Source of the DNA: Lytechinus pictus
Taxonomy: Eukaryota
NCBI RefSeq assembly: GCF_037042905.1
Contig: NC_087251.1
Location: forward strand, 44,518,001-44,582,000
DNA length: 64,000 nucleotides
Direction: 5' to 3'
The notes under the pieces are model-generated. The model was given only the letters and a program-made list of their open reading frames with translations, was not told the origin of the DNA and made no database searches. Position 1 is the first letter of the stretch. Every line of letters begins with the position of its first letter. Both the position numbers and the translations under genes were made by a program. Of this stretch, positions 1 through 13,200 are shown piece by piece.

Positions 1-247
1 AAGTAATAAACTGTGATACTCCAATGGCATGATTATTCTTGTGGGGAAACCAAGTGGAGCAAGTTCTGAAATATGCCTACTTTCACTATTGACTCGTCCG
101 TTTATGCCTATTCAGTTTAAAGGGATGCCAAACCTGGGCGTCAAGTTGGTTTTATTTAAAGGAGATAAAATGAGAGAAAAATTCATCAAAGGATATATTA
201 TAAACACAGTATGATTTTTGTGGTGTTTGATGTCATTCATACGTGAA

Positions 248-702
248 GACCCTGTTCTCATCTACTTTCTTAAATCGGTTTAGTGGAAACCAGTTTAATG
301 TGTAATGGGCATACTTGAAGCAGTCTTTGAGCTATCAACATGTAGTGGTCTTCCAAACAAGTTTCGAACTCCACCTCTTATACTTTGTGAGACTGCTCTG
401 CCTCGTTAAACTGGTTTAAGAGAAGGTGAGGACACAGCTTGTCTTCGGGAAGCGATCTTCGCCCGTAACTAGCGTAGTGTGCGCATGTTCGGTTTGCATT
501 TTTTATATATCTATGTCTATGCCAACCCTACACTTTCAAATTTTGTGCGAAATGTGTGACCCCTGAGAGCGTTCCCATAGCAACAGGATCACTTGACATG
601 ATGTATTGGGGTATCCAGTTCAGGAGATGGTTATGAGAACCCTCATGAAGCTGTTTTCTAATCTGGTTTTGGAAAACCAGTTCAGCAGATGAGAACAGGG
701 TC
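248..702. mobile_element. MITE (non-autonomous TIR element)
   Basis: TIR gaccctgttctcatct (248-263) / agatgagaacagggtc (687-702). Confidence 0.75.
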
Positions 703-1192
703 ATAGTTTTGTTGCTAAGGTGACAGGCCTATTTAAGGATCATACACAAGATGTGTAATTATCAAATGCTGCACTTTTACTATAAAGTATATATGCACAT
801 TTGCTCATGGCTTGCACAAAAAGGTGCATGATCACATGACCATTGATTGACCAATGATAATCTTGTGGACAGCGCTAAAAGACTCCTTTTACATCCAATT
901 TTTTGTGAAAAATTGTTCAATTTTTTTTAATTGGCCTCATCACATTCACAATAGGCGTATGTATAATGACTCATTACGTTTGATATCTGAGATGACTGCA
1001 AAAAACCTAATATGAATATATGGTTGCCTGTAAAATCCTTCATCTGAATGCATTGTAATAATCTACAACATTATATTGCATTTATTTTTATTCCATTATT
1101 GCATCCATTGAGAAACTAGAGCCTAGCTTTTGTGTTTATCATTTTGATTAATATAGTTTTATGTTTTCATTTTATTGCAGAAGAGGAGGAAG

Positions 1193-1237
1193 ATGGCTGA
1201 TGATCAAGAAGCTAGTACGAGTAGTGCTCCTCCCAAG
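1193..1237 (+). CDS. PARP exon 1 (MADDQEASTSSAPPK)
   Basis: Acceptor ttgcag ends at 1180, ATG at 1193, donor gtacag at 1238; phase 0 fits exon 2. Confidence 0.7.
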
Positions 1238-4200
1238 GTACAGTATTAAATAACGATGTTTTAAGAAAGTTGTCAGTTCTGACTCGTCGACAAATAATGA
1301 TGGGACACTTTTTTAACATGATGATTTGTACTGATATTGTTGAACTATCATGACTACAGGAGAAGATATGTAAATTAAAGTGAAAATGAAAAAAAAATCT
1401 GTTGAAATCAGTAGGTCAGCTGTCATTTTACAGACTGTCTTTAAAAAACAGGGTCCCGTCGTACAAAGAGTTACGATTGATCCAATTAATCGTAACTATG
1501 GAAATCCATCAGTGTCAGAATTTTTTCTACAGGAAATGTGCAAAATGTCCTTTGTAAACAAAGGAGAACACACCAAACTGTCAAGAAATCAATGAATTTA
1601 TGGATGTACATTCATATCTAGAAATTTTTTAGCAAACATGCATTGTATATGTTGACTTTGCTGGCTGACCATAGTTGCGATTGATCGGATCAATCGCAAC
1701 TCTTTGTAAGATGGGCCCCAGATCTACATACATGTAAAAAAAGTACATGTTTCAGGAGAGAAGATAAGTGCAGTATAAGAGCCAATTAGAGAGACCTTTT
1801 CTTCTCCCATCATGAGTCTCTGATGTTCATCTACATGGAGGGAGCATTTCATGAAGAGTTGTGTCAGTGATTTTTCACTGACCAAGTTGCTCTCAGCCAA
1901 TCGGATGCAAGGGTTTCCAGTAGCTTATAACAATTGTCAGTGAATTTTGCTTCATGAAACTCTCCCCTGGTTTGATGTGAACTCCAATTAGTCTGCCTGG
2001 AGCATTGAACGTGTCTAGAGCCCGACAGGAGGCTTCTGCATTGTATATGATCATGTTTGTATTATCATTGCAGGGATCAGTAATGTATGACTTGCTCCAA
2101 ACGTTAATTGTCAAGGCGGAATTACAATGTACATGTATAATATAATGCCTGTGATGAAATTAAATTATGTTTTGTGTATAGAGTGAGCATCGAATAATAT
2201 GAATACTGAAACTAGATAAAATTAATGACAATATTCCATGACGTGTACATGTAGATGTACATGTACGTATTAAACATTTCAAAACCTATATTTCTAGTTA
2301 TGTACATCAATGTTGAATTCTGATTTCATTTATTGTTCAATTTGGGAATGTATGTATGTAAGAATTCAAACTAATTCTCTTTAAATCTACCTGTAGTGTG
2401 ACCTCTCTTGATTTTATTCATTCTTATTTCCCCCACAAAAATACTTGATAAATATGAGTACAGGTGTACACGTTTGTATGTTTGAATAGAGGCTCTTCAA
2501 AATGTAAGCAACACACAAAAGAATATGAAAATCAATTGTGATTTGTGGAATTTCTGAAGGATGAGTTGATGATTTTACACATACTTTCATAATGTATTTT
2601 AATTAATGTAATTTCATCTATTTAAATCTGATGTAAAACATTATTACGTTCCTTATGTACTTCTGAAAGTCAATATTACTGCAATCTGTAAAGACAAAAT
2701 TTTAGAGCTTCTTTTTGAGATTTATGACTATTGAAACATGAAATTTCATACAGTAATACATATATCAATGAATATGTGACATTGTCTCCATCATTTGAAT
2801 ATTGCCAATATTATCCATCACTGTTTTTTACATAAAATATAAACAGATGTAGAAATTTCAAAATATCATACAAATTTCTAATTGTTCATGCAATTTTGAT
2901 GAAATGTAGTAAAAAAAAATGACTGTTTTTATTCAAATGAACTTGGTAGCAGTGTAAGTCTGATAAACTTACAAATGTCATGGTCTTGAAATACTTGAAA
3001 ATTCAAAGTTTATTTATTCTTTGTAATGAATGTATTCTTTTGTTTCTTATATTCCTTTTTTATTAAAAAAATCTTGTTAATGCATCTTTTAAATCTGATC
3101 AGAAGCGCTCCTCCCCTGCCAAGTCGGACAGCTCACAGCGTAGCCCCAACGTGAAGCGGAAGCGCACCCAAGCCGACCGCTACCAGTCCGATGTGGTGGA
3201 GGCATTCTCCAAGCCTTCCAAGACCAGGACGCCTGCCTCGGCCAAGAAAGAAGTCTACTTCGGGAAGGGGGCCTATCTGGCAGTCAGAAGCGATGGTATG
3301 TTGAAAGGGCGCAACGGGGGGGAATATTTAATGAAATAAATAATCAGTGATTCTCACTGACTAACTTGTTCTGAGCCAATCAGATGCAAGGATTTCGGTA
3401 GCTTACAACAATTGTCAGTGAAAAAAACTACTTTGTTTCATTAATCCCTCCCAGTTATCACCAGGGATCTTCACGTTGGTGTTCTTTTAAAATTAATAAG
3501 TACTGAACATTGCCTGGTGATACAGTATTAACCCTAAATAGACTGGGCTATTTCGACGCCTATTAAGAAGACCTTATGATCTTGGCTGCCGGTCGGTCAC
3601 GCGATCACAATAAGAATCGGCACGCGCATTACCTGTGGCATAATCTACAAATTGGTATTAAATCAAATTAAAAAAAAATCTCATTGCTAATTAATTATGC
3701 TAATTTATGCGTAAAATAAAAATTTTGTTCGAATGAACTAAATAAGGGCCCTAAAATACTATTTTTTTATTCACAAACTCTTTATAAGATTCTGATCAAA
3801 TGCACTTAAAAAGGATTAAATATGACAATTATTTTCTTAGTATTTTATTGTTTTGTAAATTCTTAAGTATTTTTTGTTTTTCGACTTTTTGTTTTTTCCC
3901 CATCGTTGGGACTTTATTCTGACCATAAACAACATGAAATTAATTGAGTTTGATTAGTAAAAGGAGAAATAATAGTACATTCATAAAATTGTGCAAAAGC
4001 ACCATTTGCATTGGATTTGTACACAAATTCACGGTTTTTAGCAATTTTGGGTCTGCATGCACTCGCCTGATTTTGGAACCGCGTACCCAGGGGTTGCAAA
4101 TTTGGTCTCAAAAGTTGCGCGAGACTTGAAAATAAAAAGTCAGCAAGTGGCGTGGTCAAAAAAATTTGCATGGCGGATTTATTGCAAAAAATGTTGAGGT

Positions 4201-7200
4201 GGGCTGAATCAGCCCCCCCCCCAGTCTGATTAGGGTTAAGGGTAGTGACTTAATTCTTTCAATCATGAAATTTGAATACTTCTCATTGGTTTTAATCTCC
4301 TTCATCAAGATATGCGTAGATATTGTGATGCATATCATGGATTATCAGGAACCCAGGGCCGTTTCATAAAGCTGTTCATAAGTGAAGAGTGACTTTCAGA
4401 ATGACTGGTGATCCTTTCTTGTGGTAAATGATATTCACCATTAAAAAGGTTCATTGGTGATTACTTAGCACATGAGAAAGGTTCACCAGTCGTTCATAAA
4501 GTCACTCTAAACTTACGAATAGCTTTATTAAATACCTGATGCAGAAAGAGTGGCATTCAAATGCAATCCCCAAATTAACAATCTAATTTAATTGTTAAAG
4601 CATTAGAAACATGCTATACCAAGTGATGTACATTCCATTTATATTCCTCCCTGAGGGTACCAGTAAATCAAAGAACTTACAATCTATGATGCATAACCAA
4701 GGGAGCTATAAACTTTCAAGGACATAAAGATCTTTAATGTTTTGTATCCCTAGATGGAGAGCAGCAAATGTGAATTTATTCCCTTTAAATATACAGTGGT
4801 GCTAAAGAGATGGTGAACCCCACCTGGAAATGAACATATTTAAAAGTGTTCAAGTTCTGCCATGTTTTATATATATTTGATAGTGAAATCAGTTGAAAAA
4901 ATATTACATTCAATAAAGTTTGTTTCTCTGGGCTTGCAGAAAATTGTAATGTTGTTGTCTACATGCCTCACTCAGCATGAAGGAGTGCATTTTTTGGTTG
5001 GGTTCACTAACTTGTGAGCACAACTGTACATAATCATGTGTCATATACAGATGCTTAGTGTGCGATAAACTTTGTGAATGCATTCTCCCTACCTGATTAT
5101 GATATATCTTTTGTGGAGAAGATTCGCCTTATTGCAAGCATTCCATACGAATACCAAGGTTTCCTTCCCCTCAATGTTTGATTTTTCTTCTCCGCAGCTG
5201 GTTTCTTCCTTTGCCAATCCTTGAAGATCGTGTACGACGTCAGCCGCAAACTTGCCATCCAATGGCTTGAGGAGACCAAGCCAGGCATCTACAAGATGTC
5301 TTTCCTGGACTTTGTGGACCGAGACAGTGTCCTCACCCAGGTCCAGCTCAGGCCCGCCGGGGAGAAAGGACTCAAGAAGCTGCCAGAGACGGAGATCTCC
5401 AGGATCGATAAGATCATCAATATCTCAGTCAAGAAAGAGAAAGGGCAACTCAGTGAAGCCGATGGTAGGGTATATTTTGTTTTTCCCCCCAGGTCCCAGC
5501 TAAAAACTCTAATTATTTATCTGGGCACCACGATGTAAAGGTTTTCAATCAATTGCTTAATGGCAGTGACCAATCAAGATCATCGTTGCATGCATACTTT
5601 TTTTCAAAATACTGACCAGGAACTGACCACATTGTTGATGCTTGTTTTGTCACTTGACAAAATCCTTATGATTGTCTTGAAAGGTCTTAATGGTCAGGCC
5701 CCAAGTTATATCTCGGATCTCTTGAAATTAAAATCCCGATTTCATGACCATCACCTACGTAGCTCACAAGATACACTCACACTGCAAGTACCTCCACTCA
5801 AGACTAAAGCAACGCTAGGAGATAGGTCATTTCTTATATCAGCCCCACAACTATGGAACAAACATCCCTTCGACTTTAGGAATTCAACAACTTTACATAA
5901 TATCAAATTAAAATTAAAAACCGATCTATTCCAATAGTATGTACAGCATCAGGGAAGCTCTTTTGCAGCGCAATAGTATATATAGAAATAGTTTTTGTGC
6001 TATATAAATGCATATTATTATATATTATTTCTTTATGGTAGAATAGTTTTATTTTGATAACATAGTATGAATATAAATCACTGCTTGTAATATAGGGTTT
6101 TCATTATTTTTTCAAGCACCTTTTATTGTCGAACTGCCATACTGAGTGAATTATACCCTTACTTTAATATCACACCATCGCTCCTATCAGGTCGTGCCTC
6201 TCTAGATCAACTCTCAGAGCAAATTGCTAACTCTAAAGGGAGGAAGGGGAAAGAGCCCGCCACCCCCTCCACCCCTGCAAGACCCAAACAGACTCCTAAC
6301 CGCAGGAGGAAAGTCCCTACCAAGACCAGAACAGTCGCTTCTAAGATCCTCAAGAGTGCCAAGGATAGGTCGTCTGGGAGGAAGAAGGCTGCAGCGAAAG
6401 GTAACAATTTTGTGTTTAACCTGTAATTAGACTGGCTGATTTTGCTATAACACACGTTTTCCATGGACCCCAGCCGCATATGTGTGAGCTCTGTCTCCGC
6501 TGCGTTACAATGATACTGTTTGGCTGTGTAGATATTCAATGGTTTGTTTTTGATCGGGCATTAATCATCTGCCCACTAGTTGTTCACTGCCAGGCAAATG
6601 CATTATTTTTCAGGAGTATTAAAAGTAACGTGTTTGTCCTAAATGGAAAGAAATTGGATGCTCTAGTTATTTTGGTAAGGAATTAATCCTCATTACCATG
6701 CAATGCCCCCTGTCAACAATTATGGTAATCATAGAAAGGACTACAAGAAAAACTTTCATCAAATCAGTACACCATTAACAGCTTTATTCAAAGTCACCTT
6801 TGCAGGATTTCTGAGGTTCTACAATCCCATCTCTTATTTCGATGTTGACAAGCCTTTACAAAGTTTGATCAAATTTCCGAATTCTAAAAAAAAAATGTAC
6901 ACTTTTCCCATTTTGAACTTTGAAATCTTGGTTAACATTTCCTTCACAGCAAAGAAAAAGGCTATCCCAAAGGGCAGAGCAGGAAAGAAAAAGGATGAAA
7001 AGGCCGCCAAAGGACGAGGCAAGTTAGACCCCAACCGTAAACTTGTCCCCAACAACAAGATCGAACTGGTCAGCAAAGATCCCATGTTTGAAGTCAAGTA
7101 AGTATGAAAGAATACCGTAGATCGAGATAAGGAATTAATATAGAAGGTAAAACGGTGTCACTTATAATGAAAAAAAAAATCATATGTGGTTTTCAGCACA

Positions 7201-10200
7201 AAATCATGACTCTGATTTAGAAGTCTCAGAAATTTTTTTGTCAGAGCCTATGGTGATGTACTCTCTTTAATCAATTTTGACCATTACAGTTGGAGGGAAA
7301 ATGTACTTAAAATAAAAAGGTGAAGATATGGTATTAATTACAGGATGAATGACAGAGTTGCCTACAGCTTTGTCTCAGTCAATATGAGATTTGAAATAAA
7401 AGGGATTTCACACTATTATCAAGGTTGGACTGAACTTTAAGGTTGTAAATTGGTATTCCGTATGGGATTTGTATTGTGTACTGCATACATGTATATAACC
7501 TTCATCAGTTTTTGCTTATCTATTTGGAAGAATATAACAACAATGATATTTATGCTGTGTACAAAACCATAACTTTAGGCTAAAAATCATTGACCTAAAG
7601 TCATTGACCTTTATTTTTTATTTACAGAAATGAGAACAGCATGCCCGAAGTGTCCAAGGTAGTCCAGTGTAAGAGAGCGATCCGGGCTGTCCTCACCAAC
7701 GACATGCCTCTCCTCAAACAACTCTTGACGGACACTAAACGAGTGCCTTCAGTCTTTCTTCAGAGAAGCGTTGCCGTGCCAGAGACCGCTCTGGGGTATG
7801 CCATCAAGGTAAAGGACAATAGATAGTGCGAGCATTGTGGTCTAATGGTTATTACTCTCGTCTTTCTATCTGAGGGACGTGGGTTTGATTCCCACCCATG
7901 GCATGTTTTCCTTCAGCAAGAAATTTAACCCACATTGTGCTACACTCAACCCAGGTGGTGTGAATGGGTACCCGGTAGGAAGAAATTCCTTGAATGCCAG
8001 GGCGAGTGTAGGAAGCATGGCTATAGCCAAGGTAATAATGATAATAACAACATTTTTGTAATGCGCAGTTGAGTATATACATACAGAAATTTTTAACTTA
8101 AATGCACTATTATTATTGTTGTTAATATTATAGCTGATGTAATAATATGTAACATTTATAAAGTGCTTTATACAAATGTTTTCATGCAATGCATGTTATT
8201 ACCTTGGGTGTACTAAGGTTATTTTGTTCTGGCGCTCAAGCATTCAAGGAATTTCTTCCTACCAGTTACTTATTTTCTACACCTGGGTGGAGAGTGGCAA
8301 ATGAATATAAACAGCTTGCTGAAGGATATGAGTGCTGTTGTGGGATTTGAACCCCAGACCTTTTCGTTCAAAGTCGAAAACTTAACCATTGATCTACAAC
8401 ACCTCTATGTACAGTATATCCACATACATGTAGCATGTTTTGCCTTGAGACTTTATTCCCGACGATGTGTTCTACATATCATAATAGCTGTTAAATGTTG
8501 GTTCGATATCCTATCAAAATAGAGAGTTGAACATGATTATTAAGCCGTTCAAAAGTCTTGAGATTATTTTTTCATTGCCAATGACTGTAGAGCTAACAAT
8601 GGAAAGCTTAACAAAATGAGTGTCGTCGTGTTTCAGAGTAACAGTCAACCATTCATCCGAGCATTCCTGAACGAGCTGAAGAGCAATCCAGGTCGATGTG
8701 AGATGCCCGTTCACAGTCTGCGAAAGGAAAACACTGGCAGGTGAGTGTCTACTCTGTAGAATATTGAATGATCTTGATAATAGAAAAGGTCAAATTAATC
8801 TACTGGTGATTGTCCTTTCCATTGATCTTATGACACAAGATTTATGCCGTATTCAAGCCTGGGAAACCGACTCCTGGGGCACGTTTTATCAAGGACTTGC
8901 AACTGTTGTAACTTTACCATGATGGCAACTACCATGGTAACCTTGATTCTGATAGGCTGATGAGCCCTGTTACCATGGTAGTTGCCATAATGGCAAAGTT
9001 ACAACAGTTGCAAGTATTTTATGAAACGGGGCCCCAGACAGACCAAAGCTTTCACATTATTTCCATTAATTATTGGTGTGACTAGTTTTACCGCTGCCTG
9101 CGTAGTAAAATCCAGCCGTATGATAGCAAATACCGAATCACCTCCACTTGTGTATAATTCACTTTGCATTTCAATTCATGTGAAACTTGTACATTTTAAG
9201 TTGCAGCATATGAATTGAACAAATGAATCGAATCCAATATTGTGGAATTGCATGTCTGTGAAATGTTAAGCAAAGGTGAGGCAAGATAAGGTTGTGTCAT
9301 TTTGTGTAACAAACCAAATAACCTCTGTCTCTTTCTCTGTCTTTTTCCGCTAGTTACAACTACAGGAGTCTTGGGCATGCTATACGGGCCATCAACGTAT
9401 CACGAGGAGGAAGAGAAGGACAGGATGCATTCCTCAAAGTGAGTATCCTAATTCCTGGGTCCCGTTTCATAAAGACTTGTTATAGTAACAAATGCACGAT
9501 ATCTATATACCATCAGCCAATCAGACAGAAGGATTTCAGTAGCTTTTAACTGGTCTTGCAAAGTTGTTATTATAATAAGTTTTATGAAATGAGCCCCTGA
9601 TGATTTGATCTTTATATTATATATTATCCTCTGTGGGAAATCCAACCAGTGGCAGATCCAGGTGAGAGCACATCTGGGGGGGGGGGGTGTTTCACAAAGA
9701 TTAAGTATGACTTATAGTCGCACTTAGATGCTGACACGTACACGATATGAAATGCAAAATGCTGCTGTTCGTTTTGCAGCAGTGCGCGTCCTCTTGGCGT
9801 AATCTGACCAATGTGGTCATGCCTTTTGTACCACACGCAACGAGGCATTTTATCGTGACTCTACTTAGCCCCTCCACCCCTGCAAGACCAAACAGACTCC
9901 TAACCGCAGGAGGAAAGTCCCTACAAAGACCAGGCTCTTACTCATACTTAAATCTTTGTGAGACACCCCCCTGGTCCGTTGCCCCCCCCCCCCCCCCCAT
10001 CCTTTGAGATCCATGAAATATATTTCTAGTGGAAAATGTCATGTGTACACTAGTGAAGATTTTTTTGCTTGTCAATTTTTTTTATTACATAAATCACCAT
10101 GATTAGGGAGTGAAGACTATTTTTCCTGAACAAAAATGTCCCCCCCCCCTCATTTTGGAAAATCCTGGTTCTGCTCTTGAATCCAACCGTAAAGGACAAG

Positions 10201-13200
10201 TCCACCCCAACAAAAAGTTGATTTGAATAAAAAGAGAAAAACCCAACAAACATAACACTGAAAATTTCATCAAAATCGGATGTAAAATAAGAAAGTTATG
10301 ACATTTTAAAATTTTGCTTAATTTCACAAAACAGTAATGCACATCCTGTTGGGTATGCAAATGGGGAGACTGATGACGTCATCCACTCACTATTTCATTT
10401 GTATTTTATCATATAAAATAGGGAATATCCCATTTGTTTAATACTATCTGATTCAGTCAAGTTGGTCCTTATTGTCAAATCTATAAAAAATGAAATATTG
10501 CATAATTCAAACAATAAAAAACAAAAGAAATAGTGAGTGAGGGACATCGTAGACTGTCTCATTTGAGTTGTGCATATCACTGTTTTGTGAAAATAAGCAA
10601 AACTTTAAAATGTCATAACTTTCTTATTTTACATCTGATTTTGATGAAATTTTCAGCATTTTGCTAGTTTGGTTTTTGTCTATTTATTCAAATCAACATT
10701 TTTGTGGGGTGGACTTGACCTTTAATGCTAGCAAACAGCTCCTGAAAAGGACTTAAAGCTGAGATGTATGTACAAATCTGATAAAAATGATAAATGTTTG
10801 TCTTCTCATTGTGGTACTGTACATGTATCATCCTTTCTCAGGATATCAAAGTCTGGGAATTCATTGATTTATTTAAAAGAACCGTAGAAATTTAAGTTTG
10901 CAAGTTTTTTCATGATGACTTCAAATTTTGTTTGTATAGTCAACTATCTCATGTCATGCATGGTGCTGAGATTGAGTCTATCAAATGTACATTTTCCTAC
11001 TCTGGACAGTCATTGGTAGGCACAGTCAACCTGAAAATCTGTGTTTGAATCTACATGATGGCCCGTATTCTGAAGTCAGGTTTAATTTAAACCATGGTCT
11101 AACTCTGTGCTAAAATTATGGAAAGCCAAATACGTCACATTTTTCCTTACATTGTATGTTTCTTATGTATACTGTACTCTTTCCTAGCTCATGAATGGTG
11201 AAGAAAGCTACCTATCTATGCTTAAAGTTGAAAATGATTTGAGAGAAAAATTACCTGACACATTGAAATTATACTGTGAGAGATTTATGCCACTATTGGC
11301 TATCCATAGTTAAACCACAACTTTAACCCTTATTAAACTGGGGGGGGGGTCAATTTGACCCCCCCTCAACAAATTTTGTCACTACCCCGTCGCACAAATT
11401 TTTTTGACTGTGCCGCTCACTGACTTTTTACTTTCAAGGCTTGCGCATCTTTTGAGACCAAATTTGCGACGCCCGGGTACGCGGTTCCAAAATTACGCAA
11501 CGTTTTGTAAGTGCGTGTCAGACCAGAAATTGCTCAAAAACGTGATTCCGTGTAAAAAGTTAATGCAAATTGTGTTTTTCGACCAAAAATCATAAATGTA
11601 TGATTATTTTTAGTTTTGTTGGTTTAGATGGATTTATTTTATGCTATTTATGATCGCAAAAGGGTCCTCGACAAAGTTCAACGGGAAAAAGAATAAAAAG
11701 CAAAGGTTTGAAAAAAACAAAGAAATACATAAGAATTTAAAAAACAATGAAATACATAAGAAATTAATTATATATTTGCAATTTTTTTGTAGATATTTGT
11801 TAGAAATGTAATAATTGATACTCCCACCAAAAATTAGCATTCTACTAGCTATATAAATTGAGTTAAAGGCAAACACATACACAAAAAACCTAATTTATGG
11901 CAAATTTCATATGCTTATTAATAAAAATAAAAAAATAAAATTTTATGAAAATTTTACTATACACTCTTGTAGTTCAAATCCGGCGCTACGCGCTTGCAAA
12001 TTTTCGCGGCGATTGCGCAATTAGCGGCCGAGATCTGAGGGGGGGTCAAATTGACCCCCCCCCCAGTATATACTGGTCCGAAATAGCCCAGTTAAGATAG
12101 GGTTAAACCAGGGTTTAATTTAAACCCGACTTCAGAATACCATGGGTGGTATTCTGATAGCAATGGCTTAGTTAAACCTGAGTTAACTGAAACCACACTT
12201 TTATGGAGCACCATATGTCAACTCTTTCACAAAGTAAAAATTTTAATCCTGGAAGAGAAAGTTGTCAAAAATTTAATTTTTGTCATAAAAACTAGAATAG
12301 GGAAATACAATGCATATGAATCAGTTGATTGGTACATTACCTTTGTCATGAATATAGAAAAGGTATTGTGAAACTCAGCATTCCGTAGAGGTGTGGTCTA
12401 AAATTCTAGGTTGAATTAGGGTTAGACCTAGGTTTAACTACCGGAATACGGGCCTATGTATGATACTCACTATCATGTTTAGTTTGTATTGTATTATCAT
12501 CTCTCTCTCTCTTGCATTACAGGACCGTTTTACTCAAAAGGAAGGTGATGCAAGCATTGCTCATAAATTGACCGATTCAGATGTCTCTATGACGACAATG
12601 GATCTCATATGCAAAGAAAGACAGGGAGTAAAAGTAAGTAATAAAAGACAAAATGTTGACAGGAATTTGAGATCGTAAAGTAAAAAATCGTCTGGTTTAT
12701 GCAGGGTTAACTGTTCTTATGGGAGGACGTGGGGGCGTCGTGGTCTGGTGGTTATGACTTTTGTCTTTCAATCTGAGGGACGTTGGTTCGATTCCCAGCT
12801 ATGGCGTGTTTTCCTTCGGCAATATATTTACCCACATTGTGCTGCACTCAACCCAGGTGAGGTGAATGGGTACCCGGTAGGACGAAATTCCTTGAATTGC
12901 AGCACAGCTAAAGCTGGGGTAACGATAGCAGTGCTTTGTATCCTCAGGCAAAGAAAAGCCCTTTATGAATCCGGCTGAGTGTTTCATAAAGCTGTTCGTA
13001 AGTTACGAACGACTTGAAGAATGACCGGTGGACCTTTCTAACGTGCTAAATAGTCACCAATGAACATTAATGGTGAATGATATTTAACACAAGAAAGGAT
13101 CACCAGTCACTCTTAACTTACGAGCAGCTTTATGAAACGTCCCCCAGCTATTATTATAATTAGGCATCTGGATGATAAAAACCTCAAACAAGCAAGCCCT

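Noticed and set aside
5560..5937. 125-aa ORF as a PARP exon or separate gene
   Set aside because: Matches the L2/CR1 ORF2 C-terminus; exons 3 and 4 join in phase without it.
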